Assembly: GCA_010093815.1 (NCBI GenBank)
Contig: ML996570.1
DNA length: 64,000 bases
DNA from: Pseudovirgaria hyperparasitica
Taxonomy: Eukaryota
Direction: 5' to 3' (one strand)
Shown: one piece after another, positions 1 to 11,810 of the stretch
Position numbering within the stretch: position 1 is the stretch's first letter
How the letters are laid out: every line of letters starts with the position of its first letter
The notes under the pieces: generated by a model
Seen by the model: only the letters and a program-made list of their open reading frames with translations
The model's database searches: none
What the model was told of the DNA's origin: nothing
Program-made: the position numbers and the translations under genes

Positions 1-93
1 GGCCGCGCGCAACAGCGTCTGGAGTCGCACAGCCAAGCCGAGCTGAGCAGTTCTATCTTTGACTATGCCCAGGCCTTCTCTATGCCTCCATAG
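1..93 (+). CDS. Possible 3' end of a gene entering from the left edge (…GRAQQRLESHSQAELSSSIFDYAQAFSMPP*)
   Basis: Frame 1 is open from base 1 to TAG at 91-93 and is followed by pyrimidine-rich UTR-like sequence; no family recognised. Confidence 0.25.
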   Translation, partial: GRAQQRLESHSQAELSSSIFDYAQAFSMPP

Positions 94-2165
94 GTCCACT
101 TCTTTGGCCTTTATCTCACCTCATCTTGGGCTGTTTCACATTCGAGCGCGGGACGAATGCCGGTGCTTTTTGCAGGTGACACTCCTCACCGATGACCAAT
201 CGATACCCACCGCGCTATGATTTTCTTTTTCCCTTTCCTTTATCATCGACGCCACTGAATCATTGTGGTACGAGTCTTAAACGGCTTCAACGGTGCTTGA
301 TTATCGACTAAGGAAACACATAGGCCGGTCTTCTACTAACGTGCTAAGACGACATGGTTCTCCAGACCTAAAAGGCATCCACAGCGGCGAACGTTGAGGT
401 CCTGACTCAGGTCAACTCTTTCGGTTGCCTTCACGTATTTGTGCTTGCTCGTACGAAAAGGCACCGACGCGAGGGACAATCCGCAAATAGCCGACTTGCA
501 ATCCCTATCATCAGATGCTGTTTTACGCGCGTAGTGATGCTGTGCTCAAGACAAAGTTCGGAGAATGCCCTCAGTTCACTGACTGCTATCGTAGCGGGCA
601 AAGGCTATACCTGCAGAAGAGTCATCAAGTTTCGGTGTTGCAGGAACTAGTTCCAATTGCCGGATATTGCCTCAGGACCGATCGGTCAAGTCCTCCTCGG
701 TCAGACTATGCATTCGTGAGGCACGCCGCACACGAAGTCAATATCCAGATTACTGCTTCGGAGAGACTGAGATATTGCGTGGTCGCGTAGAGCGTTCATC
801 ACCTTCGAGTCTGGAGCGTGTACAAGTTCTTGTGAGGCCCCTTTCTCCGTGCAGCAACATCATTCGATCTCACGTGTCGCCATGCGTACGCCTCACTTTT
901 GACACCGTCGACTTGCTGTAATCAGTCTTCGCTGGCAGTGCAGTGGAGATCGTAAGCCATTTCTGGAGTCAAAACTGTGGAACCGAACTGAAGTTCCACC
1001 TGGCGATTGCCAGAGGGGTTCGTAGTGCTGTGGGCGGGCTCATAGATCGAGGAATGCCTGTTGAGATTCTCACGTCCCATCCAGGGATGACATTACAGGG
1101 CTTTGCATTTCATGGAGTTTGGAATCTCGTTAATCGCCCTCCCGCGTCTTTTATGCGTCTTCGTGGACCCAGATTAACTCCATGCTACCTTAATTGTGGT
1201 ATCTGAATGTGATGTTTGGCATATGACATGGTGAATGCACTCTTAACCACATCTGCTCACTGTTGGGGTTTCTGAGCCTAGTGGAGGTGGTATCCCTGCT
1301 GGACTGGGTCACAGAGGGCTTCTTTGCGCTGCCCTTGAGCACACTCAATGAGCCTTTGCATCGTTCCTGGTTGTGTCAAGGCTGATATCAGGCATGCTTG
1401 GATACTGAGACCCTGAGCGCTCAAGCGGTGCTCCCTACCCTTCTACTGCCAGGAAAAGTGTGATGTGAGGCATGCGAGAATGTTACGTCTTCCAGCGCCA
1501 CCCAAGTACGCCAATTTCTTCATTTGCGGTGATCAAGAGCTTTCGCTAGGCATGGCTGTGAGACTGTGCGAAGCTCGTAGATGACCATCTCATGGCGACG
1601 GCTGTCATGACCAAGAAAATAAGCGTCGTTCTCATACAGCTGCTGGTCACAGTCTTATTGTGTGCTAATGTCTGTTCTATGATCCAGACATGACTTTCGA
1701 AACGCTGATGGCGTCGCAAGCCTCAACGTATATATGTCCCCACGGCTTGTAGTTGGACCTGAAAGACTTTGAAACACCGTACGAACAGATGCGTTCTACC
1801 GGGAACCATGAGCGCGTCTACATGGACTTGATGGACTGCTGTATTATATCCTTACGAGTGTTCTGGACAAGAGTACTCTCTCTTTACGACCTCCTGGGTC
1901 GCCATATATCCATCAAATGACGACGACGAATAACCGGCGTTGAGCTGTCAAACCGGATGAAATACTAGTTTCTCTCTCGCGCATCCTCTCTACCAGCCTG
2001 ATATATTGACTACTAAAGCAAAAGGCTTCAGACATCCATCCATTCATCCAGACACAACACTTGGGCATAGTATGACTTCAAAGCGCAGATTATACAACCT
2101 CCTTGAACCAGTCATACCCACACGATCCTAGAAGCCTCTTCATGACCACACCGCAGAGATATTTT

Positions 2166-2166
2166 C

Positions 2167-2198
<32 letters not shown>

Positions 2199-2199
2199 C
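2166..2199. repeat. (CAA)n microsatellite, ~11 units
   Basis: Perfect caa run seen directly. Confidence 0.95.
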
Positions 2200-4501
2200 C
2201 AGAAAAAATTAATCTACGGGGGTGTACTTGATACTAGATCGACATCGTTCAAACACCCAACAACCCCCTGCTATCCCACCTTTCAAAGCTCTGCATTCAA
2301 ACTCTTCATCTCCCGCGAGTCTCACACTGGAGTACAAGCCCCTCGTCAGCGTCGAGTAATGACTTGTACTATCTAATACCTCCCCTATATACAGGCAGAC
2401 CGTTCTCCCAAGCACAATATGACATAACACAACACGACGTGCGTCATATCTCTCCACCACGGCCTCTCAACCTCGCCCTCGCCCACGCCCTCGGTCAGAT
2501 GCGAGATTGAAGAGATGAATGGATAAAACGCATAGATGAACACAGCATGGATAAGGGTCAGGCAGAGGCTGTGGGTTTGAAGGCGCTTGGGAGATACGGG
2601 TCTGCTGGACGTGGATAGCTCTGTGCTTGGAGGGAGTAGGGAACAGGGCATAGGGCGTGTCTCGAAGGTGTTTTTATGGTTCTTAGGATGTCTGTCAGGA
2701 TAATTAAGTGGTGGTAGTAATGATGACGTAGACGACGAGATATGAGAAGGGTATATTATATACAAGGCACGTACCCCTAGATCTCCTAGTAGGATCATAT
2801 GAATATGAATCCCATGGTTTCATAGTACGAGAGTAAAAATAGAAACAGCGATCGGGATGAAGTCTCGACTCATTCAGCACAGGGAGATATACAATCTCTC
2901 TTCCATGCCATCCCCCCTCTCTACCATAACGTAATTCCTATTCAAGCACCAAAGCCCGGATTTCTGCACCAGCACTCTACCAAGTTTTTTGTCATATAGT
3001 CTCTAATTATGTGCGTGTCGCGCTCTAACAACTCTGCTTTCGCGGTGCGAGGTATGGTATGTATGTATGTTATGTGTGGATAGTAGAAGTAGGACTCATC
3101 AGCATACCGCGTATACTGATTCGCTGTCGATATACTCGATTAGGTTTGTTATGTGCCATGTATCATGTATTTGGCTGGGCATGTCGTGGTTCGTAAAGAC
3201 AGTTGCCTTAAGAAACGATATTTCGAATGACTGGACTTGGGAAAAAGCGCTCAGATCCATGGCAGAGCTGGCTTTGATGATGGCGGATACATACTCCCCA
3301 CTCTATTTGTCCTCTTCACGCTGATGATTCTCTGCTTTCTCCTCCTCTTCCTTCCTTGGGGACACGGGAACGCGATATACAGCTACGACATCCCTTCTTT
3401 TCTGCCTAGAGAAGTGGTGTTCGTCTCTAATAAGTACGCAATAGCGTCCATGTTACCGGATTCTGTAGCTCGACTGGGTAGTAGTTCACGCACCGAGGGT
3501 TTTGCGCTTGATATATGTCTTTACATCCTTCTTCGTATTTAGTCCCGTTTGCTGGTATGTCGTTTCGTGGAATCTTGTGGACTATATCTGGTGTTGGGCT
3601 TGGATCTTGTGGTTAGGGGTAGAATAGGGGAGGTGTCTATACAGATGGTGGTTTGTTAGTCTGTTAGTCTGTCACTTGTTTGAAAAGAGTGGTGATTGTT
3701 GAAAGAGGAGTGGAGGAGGTTGGTGTGTATGGCGTGTGATGCGTGGTGAATCTAGTGATTAGATAAACACTTAATTATTTCTTTATCAGAGGTACGCAGA
3801 GGGAGAATATGTATATAGGGAAAAGTGCTAAGACTTGTAAACGCTGGTACTAATGTCCAAGCACAGAAAGCCTATATGACCTATCAGCTAATTGACATCC
3901 TACCCAATTATCTTTCCATTCATACATAAGCAACGTCTCTAGTCCACCGAAGCCTCAATATTTCATAGCGTTCTTAGTTGAAATGATATTTCTGTGCAGC
4001 ATTGCCGTCAAGCAGGAATAGCTCAATCTGAACATTGTTCTGCTTGATTGCTCCAGTCAATTGATCGTTTGACGCACTCACGTAGCCAGCTTAGACAAGG
4101 GTACCCTTCGACAGGTGAGATGTCAGGGTAATGGATGGTGTTTTTTTTGCATCTATTCTTCGATGGAGTTAAGTTGTCTAGCAGAGGTGGTGCGATGATA
4201 TGGATGTGTTTGTGTAGGTGTTTGTATAGTGTTGGGGTGGTTGATGGCAGGGGACGTTTATGTGGTAGGAATAGGGAGGAGGTTGTATGATAGTTGGAGG
4301 AGGGATGGAGACTGTTGGCTTTGTGAGTGAGAGAAGAAGCGAAGATGGTGTCTTTGATCTGTTGAGCTAGGTTGTATGGGGATTCTGGTGTGCTAGTAAT
4401 CAGGAATGGTTCTTTGAACTTGAACTCTTGGGGAGCGAGTGGATTTAATGAATGTCATGCTTATTCTCGATTCGAAGATTGTATGATAGTGGTTGTAAAG
4501 C

Positions 4502-4600
4502 ATTTGGCTCTATAGCCGTGTTGATTTATATATCGAGGTATTTGGCTCTACAGCTGTATTGATTTCTGTATCGAAGTATTTGGACATATATAACACGTTG
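4502..4600. repeat. Degenerate 38-bp tandem repeat, ~2.5 copies
   Basis: atttgg-initiated units start at 4502, 4540 and 4578; copies 1 and 2 differ mostly by transitions. Confidence 0.8.
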
Positions 4601-5294
4601 AATATCTCTCGTTCCACCACCCTTAGCATTGGCTTGAGTTAGGAGAATAGCTGGTTCAGAGAACTGAAAATGACCTTCTCATATACTTTTTCGTTCATGC
4701 TGCATCAGTACTAGGTCAATAGAGCAAAGTATTCCAATGACACTCCCTAACATCCGTCAATCAAGCTCACTTGAGCTCAAACTTATGTGAGGCTGCTGCA
4801 AGTATCTCAATCCCTCATAGAAATACCGCTGTATTCATCAGCAACGTCCCTGTATACCTGATAAGGTGATGGAATTAATTGATCATGAAAATTTGAAGGC
4901 CTAGATTATGGCTTTACTAACGTGTAACAGGCTTATTTCACGGTTCTACTTTTCGCAGTCGATATCTATGGAAGTAATAGGGAGAATCAATTTATCTCCT
5001 CATACTATGTTCTATAAAAGCTCTATAAAAGCGTCCACGTAACATGAAAGCAGCAGGCCGAGGTGCATGACGCGCTTGTTGTCACGAAGTTCACCGCCTA
5101 CAGTGAGTCGCGGCAGAATAGCTAGAGATAACGTCATTGGTCGGCGTGACGCTAGGAATCCATAGGTATCTGGGCAACTGTGAACACCTGTCATATACAC
5201 TGCACGCCACCTATCTTCGCAGAGAGCGTACTCTGCTGACTTGGATCTCTGCCTCCGAAGATCCCTCGAGTTCCCACCATTGAGCAACTAGAAA

Positions 5295-6258
5295 ATGTCC
5301 AGGAACCCCACCATAAAGCGCATCCGTAGGTCACAACCTATCGTGCTTCAGACTCACAGCTGATGTGGACACAGTCAAGGAAGCTGCCGAGCTCGCGAAT
5401 AATGCATCTGCAGACTTTCACGCGGTACCTATGGATGACAACCTGTTCGATTGGCATTTCACACTACGAGGACCACCCGACCCCTCTCCGTATGCCGAAG
5501 GCATCTATCACGGCCGCATAGTGCTGCCATCGGCATACCCGCACCGCCCTCCCTCTTTTCGCTTTCTCACCCCATCCGGGCGCTTCGAAATCAATCGTGA
5601 AATCTGTTTGAGCATAAGTGGCTTCCATGAGGAGTCATGGCAGCCGGCATGGGGCATAAGGACAGCACTTGTCGCAATACGAAGCTTCATGGACACAGTC
5701 TCTGCAGGCCAGGTTGGTGGGCTAGAGTGTGATGCAAGTACGCGAAAAAGGATGGCAGAGGATTCAAGGAGTTGGAAGTGCCCAGCGTGTGGACATACGA
5801 ATGAGGAGATCATGAAAGAGAGGGAGAAGCTTGCGGGGCCGACTGGGGATCAGGCCAAGAAGGATGATGATGTTGTGCCAGAAGAGCTGAGGCTAGCATA
5901 TCGTGAAGACCTAGGAGCCGACGCGAAGAAGACAGAGTCGAAGGGCAAAGAGAAGGTAACGGAGCCGGAAGCTCCAGCTCCAGCAGCCGTTCCAGCAGAT
6001 TCCTCAATACCACCTACGCAATCCACAGTAGAATCAGCACCTCCATCAAGAATGGAAACTACAAGATCTCCGCCCTCCCTTCAGGCCCGGCCAATCCAAG
6101 TCCCGCCGACCCAGACAACGCATGCCACGACCCAACAACGCCAGGCAGCGCAAGCGACACCGCAAAACGCCAACAGGGCTGTCCCAGCGTGGGTAGACCC
6201 TGCAATATACGCCCTCATAGCCATCCTGGCATATCTGATTCTGAAAAAGATGGGTTGA
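5295..6258 (+). CDS. UBC6: Tail-anchored ubiquitin-conjugating enzyme E2, Ubc6/UBE2J family
   Basis: Intron 5326-5374 joins MSRNPTIKRI-LKEAAEL; motifs DWHFTLRGP and TPSGRFEINREICLSISGFHEESWQPAW (active Cys); C-terminal hydrophobic anchor. Symbol indicates family, orthology not tested. Confidence 0.9.
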
Positions 6259-6938
6259 GCATATAAATCAGGTGGCACTTGTTGAAGTTGGTTATTCAAG
6301 GCGTTGGCGGTACTCAATTGGCGCATGGTGTCACTAAATACTAGGGCACGATATAGGCGTCATGTGTTTCAGCGTAGAAGCTCATTAATGGCCAAGAGAG
6401 CCTTAATGTGCAATTTTGCGCATTGTAGAGATTTGGCAAAAATCTGCGGCGAGATCTTCTGTGTTGGGTGGAACAGATATTCTACCTGGATCTGCGGGCA
6501 TGCAACTCATGCTACGGTCTGAGCATCGATGTCTCGCCGTTTTAACACACTTACAGCCGAAAGCTTTATGACATCGAAGCTGAACAAGGATGGGTTTCGT
6601 CAGCAGGAAGACTCTGCTATTATCAGTCCTGGACGGGAGGACACCCAAATGTAATTGCTGGTTTTACGGCGTTTGGGCATACAACATACGTCTGAGTCGG
6701 ACATTTCATTAATGCCATCATGCCATGCATGCAATAAAAGCGCTTTTTTCCATTCCGTCTCCTCTATTGTTACATGTGGTGCATGTGCTCTCTTTGCTGG
6801 CCTCGCGTGCGAATTGCATCACGAACCCTCGAGAGCCATCTCGAGTTCGGCCTTTCTTTTCACATGCGTATACGTTGACGTGGTAGGCCAAATCATCAAG
6901 CGTTGCCTGAAATTGATGATGTCTTCGTTTCGTTTTTT

Positions 6939-7841
6939 GGTCTGAGGCTAGTCAGGTTTGTGTAACTGTATTCAGGGTCCAGCCAAGAGCTTCACTTTTG
7001 ACCACGAACTTCCACGACAATGTCCTATTGACTGCCTATTTCAGTGTACACTCTCTGAGCAGTGACTGTCATTGGCTGTCGGCTCGCCATGACGTATAGC
7101 ACCCGGTGGGTTTCATGTTTGTCTATTTAAGTATTCAGGGTCCAGCCAAGGGCATCAGTTTTGACCACGAACTTCCACGACAATGTCATATAGACTGCCT
7201 ATTTCAGTGTATATGCTCGAGCAGTGACTGTCATTGGCTATCGGCTGCTACAACGTCTATCACGGGGCGTGTTTAGTATTCAGGGTCCAGCCAAGAGCAT
7301 CACTTTTGACCACGAACTTCTACGATAATGTCCTATAGACTGCCTATTTCAGTGTATATGCTCTAAGCAGTGACTATTATTGGCTGTCGGCTGCTACGAC
7401 GTCTATCACGAGGCGTGTTTAGTATTCAGGGTCCAGCCAAGAGCATCACTTTTGACCACGAACTTCCACGATAAATGTGCTATAGACTGCCTATTTCAGT
7501 GTATATGCTCTGAGCAGTGACTGTCATTGGCTGTCAGCTGCTATGATGTATATTCATAGGGCGTGTTTCAGGTTTGTCAATCAGTATACAGGGTCCAGCC
7601 AAGAGCTTCACTTTTGACCACGAACTTCCACGATAAATGTACTATAGACTGCCTATTTCAGTGTATACGCTCTGAGAGATGGCCGTTATTGGCTGTCAGT
7701 TGCTATGACGTATATTACCGGGCGTGTGTTTCAGATTTGTTTAACAAAGTGAATAGCCACCGAAACAGGAAATCCAATGACCATCATCGTGGAAGTTCGT
7801 GGTCAAAATGTGAAGCTTTTGGACGGACCCTGGCTCAGACC
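6939..7841. mobile_element. Foldback/MITE-like non-autonomous element: five tandem 145-163 bp units plus one inverted partial unit
   Basis: Units starting gtattcagggtccagccaag (or near-identical) at 6968, 7131, 7276, 7422, 7584; reverse-complement copy ~7750-7832; outer 8-bp inverted tips ggtctgag (6939) / ctcagacc (7834). Repeat structure is certain, mobile nature inferred. Confidence 0.55.
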
Positions 7842-8222
7842 TGTTATCACAGTCTGGTATGAGCATTTGGCAGTTAACCATCCTCATGAGTGCCCACGAT
7901 GACTTGTCTCATTTAAGGAGCTATGGATTTTCTTTCCAGTCGTGAAGTTCCAGCCGTGAAGTTCCAATCGTGAAGTCCTTCCTACTAGTCACATAACAGT
8001 AGAAGCAAGCAGGTGGCACAACTTCTAGTGGTAGTCTTGCGCTTGACCGAGACACAAAAATCTCACGGTTGAACAAGATACAAGTGTATCCTTCACGGCG
8101 ACGAGAGCAAGCTGTCACTACGCTAGCTGGTTTGAGTCACAACGTGCCTTGACTGCCGATCGCGTTCTGCTGTCATTTTTGGAAATTCCCTTTATAATTA
8201 ATTTATTCGTACAGAAATTCAA

Positions 8223-8353
8223 GCCCCAGTGGGAGAATAGTCAAGTAGTTTCACGACACCTACCACTGAAGCAAAGGACCAGATGAAGGACCTAAATATC
8301 TGCAGGGGCGCAGAGGCGCATGATCTCCGGTTCGATCCCGGGTATGAGCTTTT
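8223..8353 (+). ncRNA. Putative RNA polymerase III unit with tRNA-like 3' minihelix (orphan tRNA-like RNA or tRNA pseudogene/SINE head)
   Basis: TATA-like tttataattaa at ~8191; A-box-like tgggagaatag at +8; T-arm tccgg-TTCGATC-ccggg with B box ggttcgatccc at 8329; T-run from 8350; no 5' acceptor strand complementary to tatgagc at the expected place. Confidence 0.45.
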
Positions 8354-9145
8354 GTTTTGAGTTTTGACCGCCCGATTTTGGGTAAGACTTTTTTTACTAT
8401 TTTGCTGCTCCTTGTTGCCCTGGCTTGTAGTTTTACACCTTTTGAGTGTACTGTAGGCTCTGTAAAAGATACTTGATGCGTCTGGAATCTAAGGATGCCG
8501 TGTAGATATCTTTAGATAGTGTCATTACATGAAGATGTTTCAGTCCATGAAATCGTGTGCCGGTCCCTTATGAGGGTTCTAGAACCGAGTCCCTGTCTGT
8601 ACAAAGGACTTCTATCGTCTATAATACATGTCGATGCAGGTTCTGCGGCGAGATGAGTCTGGTGAGTCACCTACATGAACATACTAGGACATTGAGCTGC
8701 TCTGCATGCTAGCGTGGCGAAGACGACTGTGACGAAAGTGTTACCAGCTTGGACATTTTGAAAACACCACAAATGGAGAGAGGACATGACGAGTCGCTGT
8801 TCTTTTGCTGGGCAAAAGGCCGCGAGTTCTGCGAGTGCAAAACCCTACACGCCAGCGCAATTTAGTCACACATTACGGAAGGGACATGCTGGGGACATGC
8901 TGAGGACATATATTGAAAGTAATGAAGAGGCGGAGTACAACACGTGGTCAATGTGAAATCATTCCCTGCTCTCTACTGACGTCGTCTTGAGTTGGTTTCA
9001 AATGGCCGGAGTCGACTGAAAAGGGGGAACTTCGAGAACACTCAACAACGTAGAGACTATCATCCTCTTCAGTACCTACGAAAGCCCTAGTGTAGCTTGC
9101 AACATGTTTTTTTAATGCGATAGTGTAGTATCTGTTCAAAATAAC

Positions 9146-10674
9146 TCATCGTTGATGTGAAACTCGTTCTAGCCTATCATCTAAACTCGCATCATGCACT
9201 ACAACTGCCGTCCTTGCCCTCCTTTTCACAACTGCCTGATGCCTTCTCCCCTTTACATGTTTCATCCAATCCTCTTCCGTTACCGATACCGTCCCACACG
9301 CTTCACATGTCTTCCTCTGCCACAAGTCCGGCCTCGTACTCAGATCATAGCTACTTTTCGGGCTCAGCATCTCTGCCGCAGCCTCACCAAGACTAGCCGG
9401 CAATGGCATTTCCTCCACGCCAGCCAGAAACCTCTCTGTAAGCTCTAGTGCAGGTTTCTCTACATTTTCGGAGAAGGTTGATATATCAGATCCATCGAGC
9501 AGATACAATCTTTCAGAGAGATCAGCTGCTTGAAACGCATGCGTGAGTTTGGTTCGTATCCACTTGACCTGACTCTTCGCATACTGTCTCGTGGCAATCT
9601 TGACCAGATCCACGGCTTCAGCTTTTGCTTTCTCTAGCTCTGTGACTGTGGCCGGTGGATCAGCGCGCGTGAGTGCTTGGTACGTCTCGAACTCCTTGTA
9701 TCCAATGGATATCCAGATACCACGCGTACGGTCGACAGTCTCGCCAGCGGCCTGACGAGCAAGGAGATGTGCGTCTAAGGATTGAACTTCAGATAGAAGA
9801 CCAGAGGCGAGCATCTTGTCGACGCGAGCGGAGAGTCGGTCTGGGAGAGTGGTCGGGGGCACGTTAATCCAGAAGACAAGGGGGTCGTATGTCAGGCGTG
9901 CCGCTGGTTTGACAACATCAATATCAGGCAGAGCGTCCTCGTGAGTTGGATCAGAAGCTCTGCGCTGGCGTTGCTCGTCGTATATCTGTGAAGCTGGCCT
10001 GCCGGTTTGCAGGTAGATCTCAAGAGACCGTTGAATTTTGCGGTGGTCGTTTGGATGCCAGCGGTCTGCCATCACGGGGTCTACTTCGCGCAACTTCGCG
10101 AGAATCACGGAGCTTGGTTCGTTGAGAATGGGGTATTTGTCGGCAAGGACGGGGACATGGTCTGGCTTGCGATCTTCTTCTTTGACACCTTGATCGAAAA
10201 CGAGGGACTGGGTGTAGTAATGCGTGCCGCCGACGAGGATCGGGAGACGACCTCGTTGTCTAATATCTTCAATCTACATACTCATCAGTCTACCTTCCAT
10301 GCAAACCAAGACAATAACCTTCATACCACATCCTTCGCCCTCTTTACGAACCGCTCCACTGTCCAGGTATTCTCCTCCAACCCAACCACACCCAACAAAT
10401 GATGCGGCACACCTTTCATCTCCTCTTCAGTCACTTTGTTAGTAATGATTGGAAGTCCGTTATACAGTTGCATCGCATCGCCATTAATAATCTCGCCATT
10501 AAATTTGCGGGCTATCTCAACCGCCAACTGCAGGTGTCAATTGAAGGGCGCGCCTCGGGGTGAGATTGCGGCGCGACTTACCTGCGATTTGCCCGTACCC
10601 GTCGCTCCTACGACGGCGACGAGAGGCTTTCGAGGCAAGCGCGCCATAGTGATGCCTCGAAGGAAGCGCTGCAT
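9146..10674 (-). CDS. MOD5: tRNA dimethylallyltransferase (isopentenyltransferase)
   Basis: P-loop [55 protein letters not shown]-terminal C2H2-type zinc finger; introns 10528-10581 and ~10274-10326. Confidence 0.95.
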
Positions 10675-10907
10675 ACATCTCACCTGGCCCGGAGGCTATT
10701 GTGTGATGGCGGAGGTCACGATAATTATGGAGGATCGCGACCTTTAAGTGGGGATTTTTCTTAAATGGTCAGTGCGTCATGACGAGTTGGAACGAGACTA
10801 GGGTCTTCTCACTATATATAACTGGTCGTCCCTCGCATTCAGTCTCAGGAATTCCTTTTCATTCCTCCATCCTTCGCCGTAGTCGTCGATACTGTGTTGT
10901 AGCAGGT

Positions 10908-11810
10908 ATGAGTTTGGGAGACCAAAAAATTGCACCGTCCATCTCGGTGACGGGACTTAGCTACAAGTTCCCCGACGGGAGCACGGGGTTGTCCGATGTT
11001 TCGGTGCAACTACCACCAGGGAGTCGCACCGTGCTGATTGGAGGTAACAATTCAATCGTCCAAGAACGTTCAAAATAAAGGGCTCACCATACTATAGCCA
11101 ATGGCGCGGGAAAAACAACCTTACTCCGCCTTCTGTCCGGCAAACGTATGGCGCCATCAGGAACTGTTAAAATCGCCGGTGTAGATCCATTCGCAGAAGG
11201 CCTTGAAGGTGTCACTTATCTTGGCATGGAATGGGTCCTCAATCCAATCGTCAGGACCGATATTGATGTCCCAACTCTCCTGGCTTCAGTGGGAGGCGAC
11301 TACTACACAGCCCGACGAGACGAGCTCATCGATGTCTTGGATATCGACACTACGTGGCGCATGCACGCAGTCTCCGATGGAGAGCGCCGAAGAGTTCAAC
11401 TTGCCATGGGGCTGCTCAGACCTTGGACGATTCTCTTGCTTGATGAGATTACAGTAGACCTTGATCTGTTGTCTCGTCACAACTTTCTAAGCTTCTTGCG
11501 TAAGGAGACCGAGACTCGGCCATGCACGATCGTGTACGCAACTCACATCATGGACAACCTTGCTGAGTGGCCAACCCACGTCGCACACATGAGTCTAGGC
11601 CGTGTTAAGAAATCTGGGAGTCGGGACGATTTCGAGCTCGATGGCAGGGATGGCGGGCCGGCTCATAGCGCGCTTGGAGGCCTGGTCCTGAAATGGCTGC
11701 AAGAAGACCTTATAGAGCGGGGCCCTCGCAAGGGTACGAGTGGTCAAGGCAAGACCTATCAGTCTTACGAAGGCAAAGGAGGTTATGGTAACGAGAAGGC
11801 CAAGAAGTGA
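10908..11810 (+). CDS. CAF16: Soluble ABC ATPase, Caf16 (CCR4-NOT associated) family
   Basis: Walker A GANGAGKT formed across intron ~11044-11097; signature variant VSDGERRRVQLAMGL; Walker B LLLDEITVDLD; YATHI; no TM segments. Confidence 0.88.

Noticed and set aside
6952..7745. CRISPR-like array
   Set aside because: Units are 145-163 bp and similar along their whole length with no unique spacers; eukaryotic context, no cas genes
8223..8350. Canonical tRNA, tRNA-Sec (ttca at ~8250), or C/D snoRNA
   Set aside because: No 5' acceptor strand, D stem or anticodon stem can be built; C and D boxes at the ends are too degenerate although an internal CTGA exists
9090..9300. U2 snRNA gene
   Set aside because: Only the 16-nt core matches; no U2 stem I, stem IIa or Sm site, and downstream sequence is MOD5 CDS
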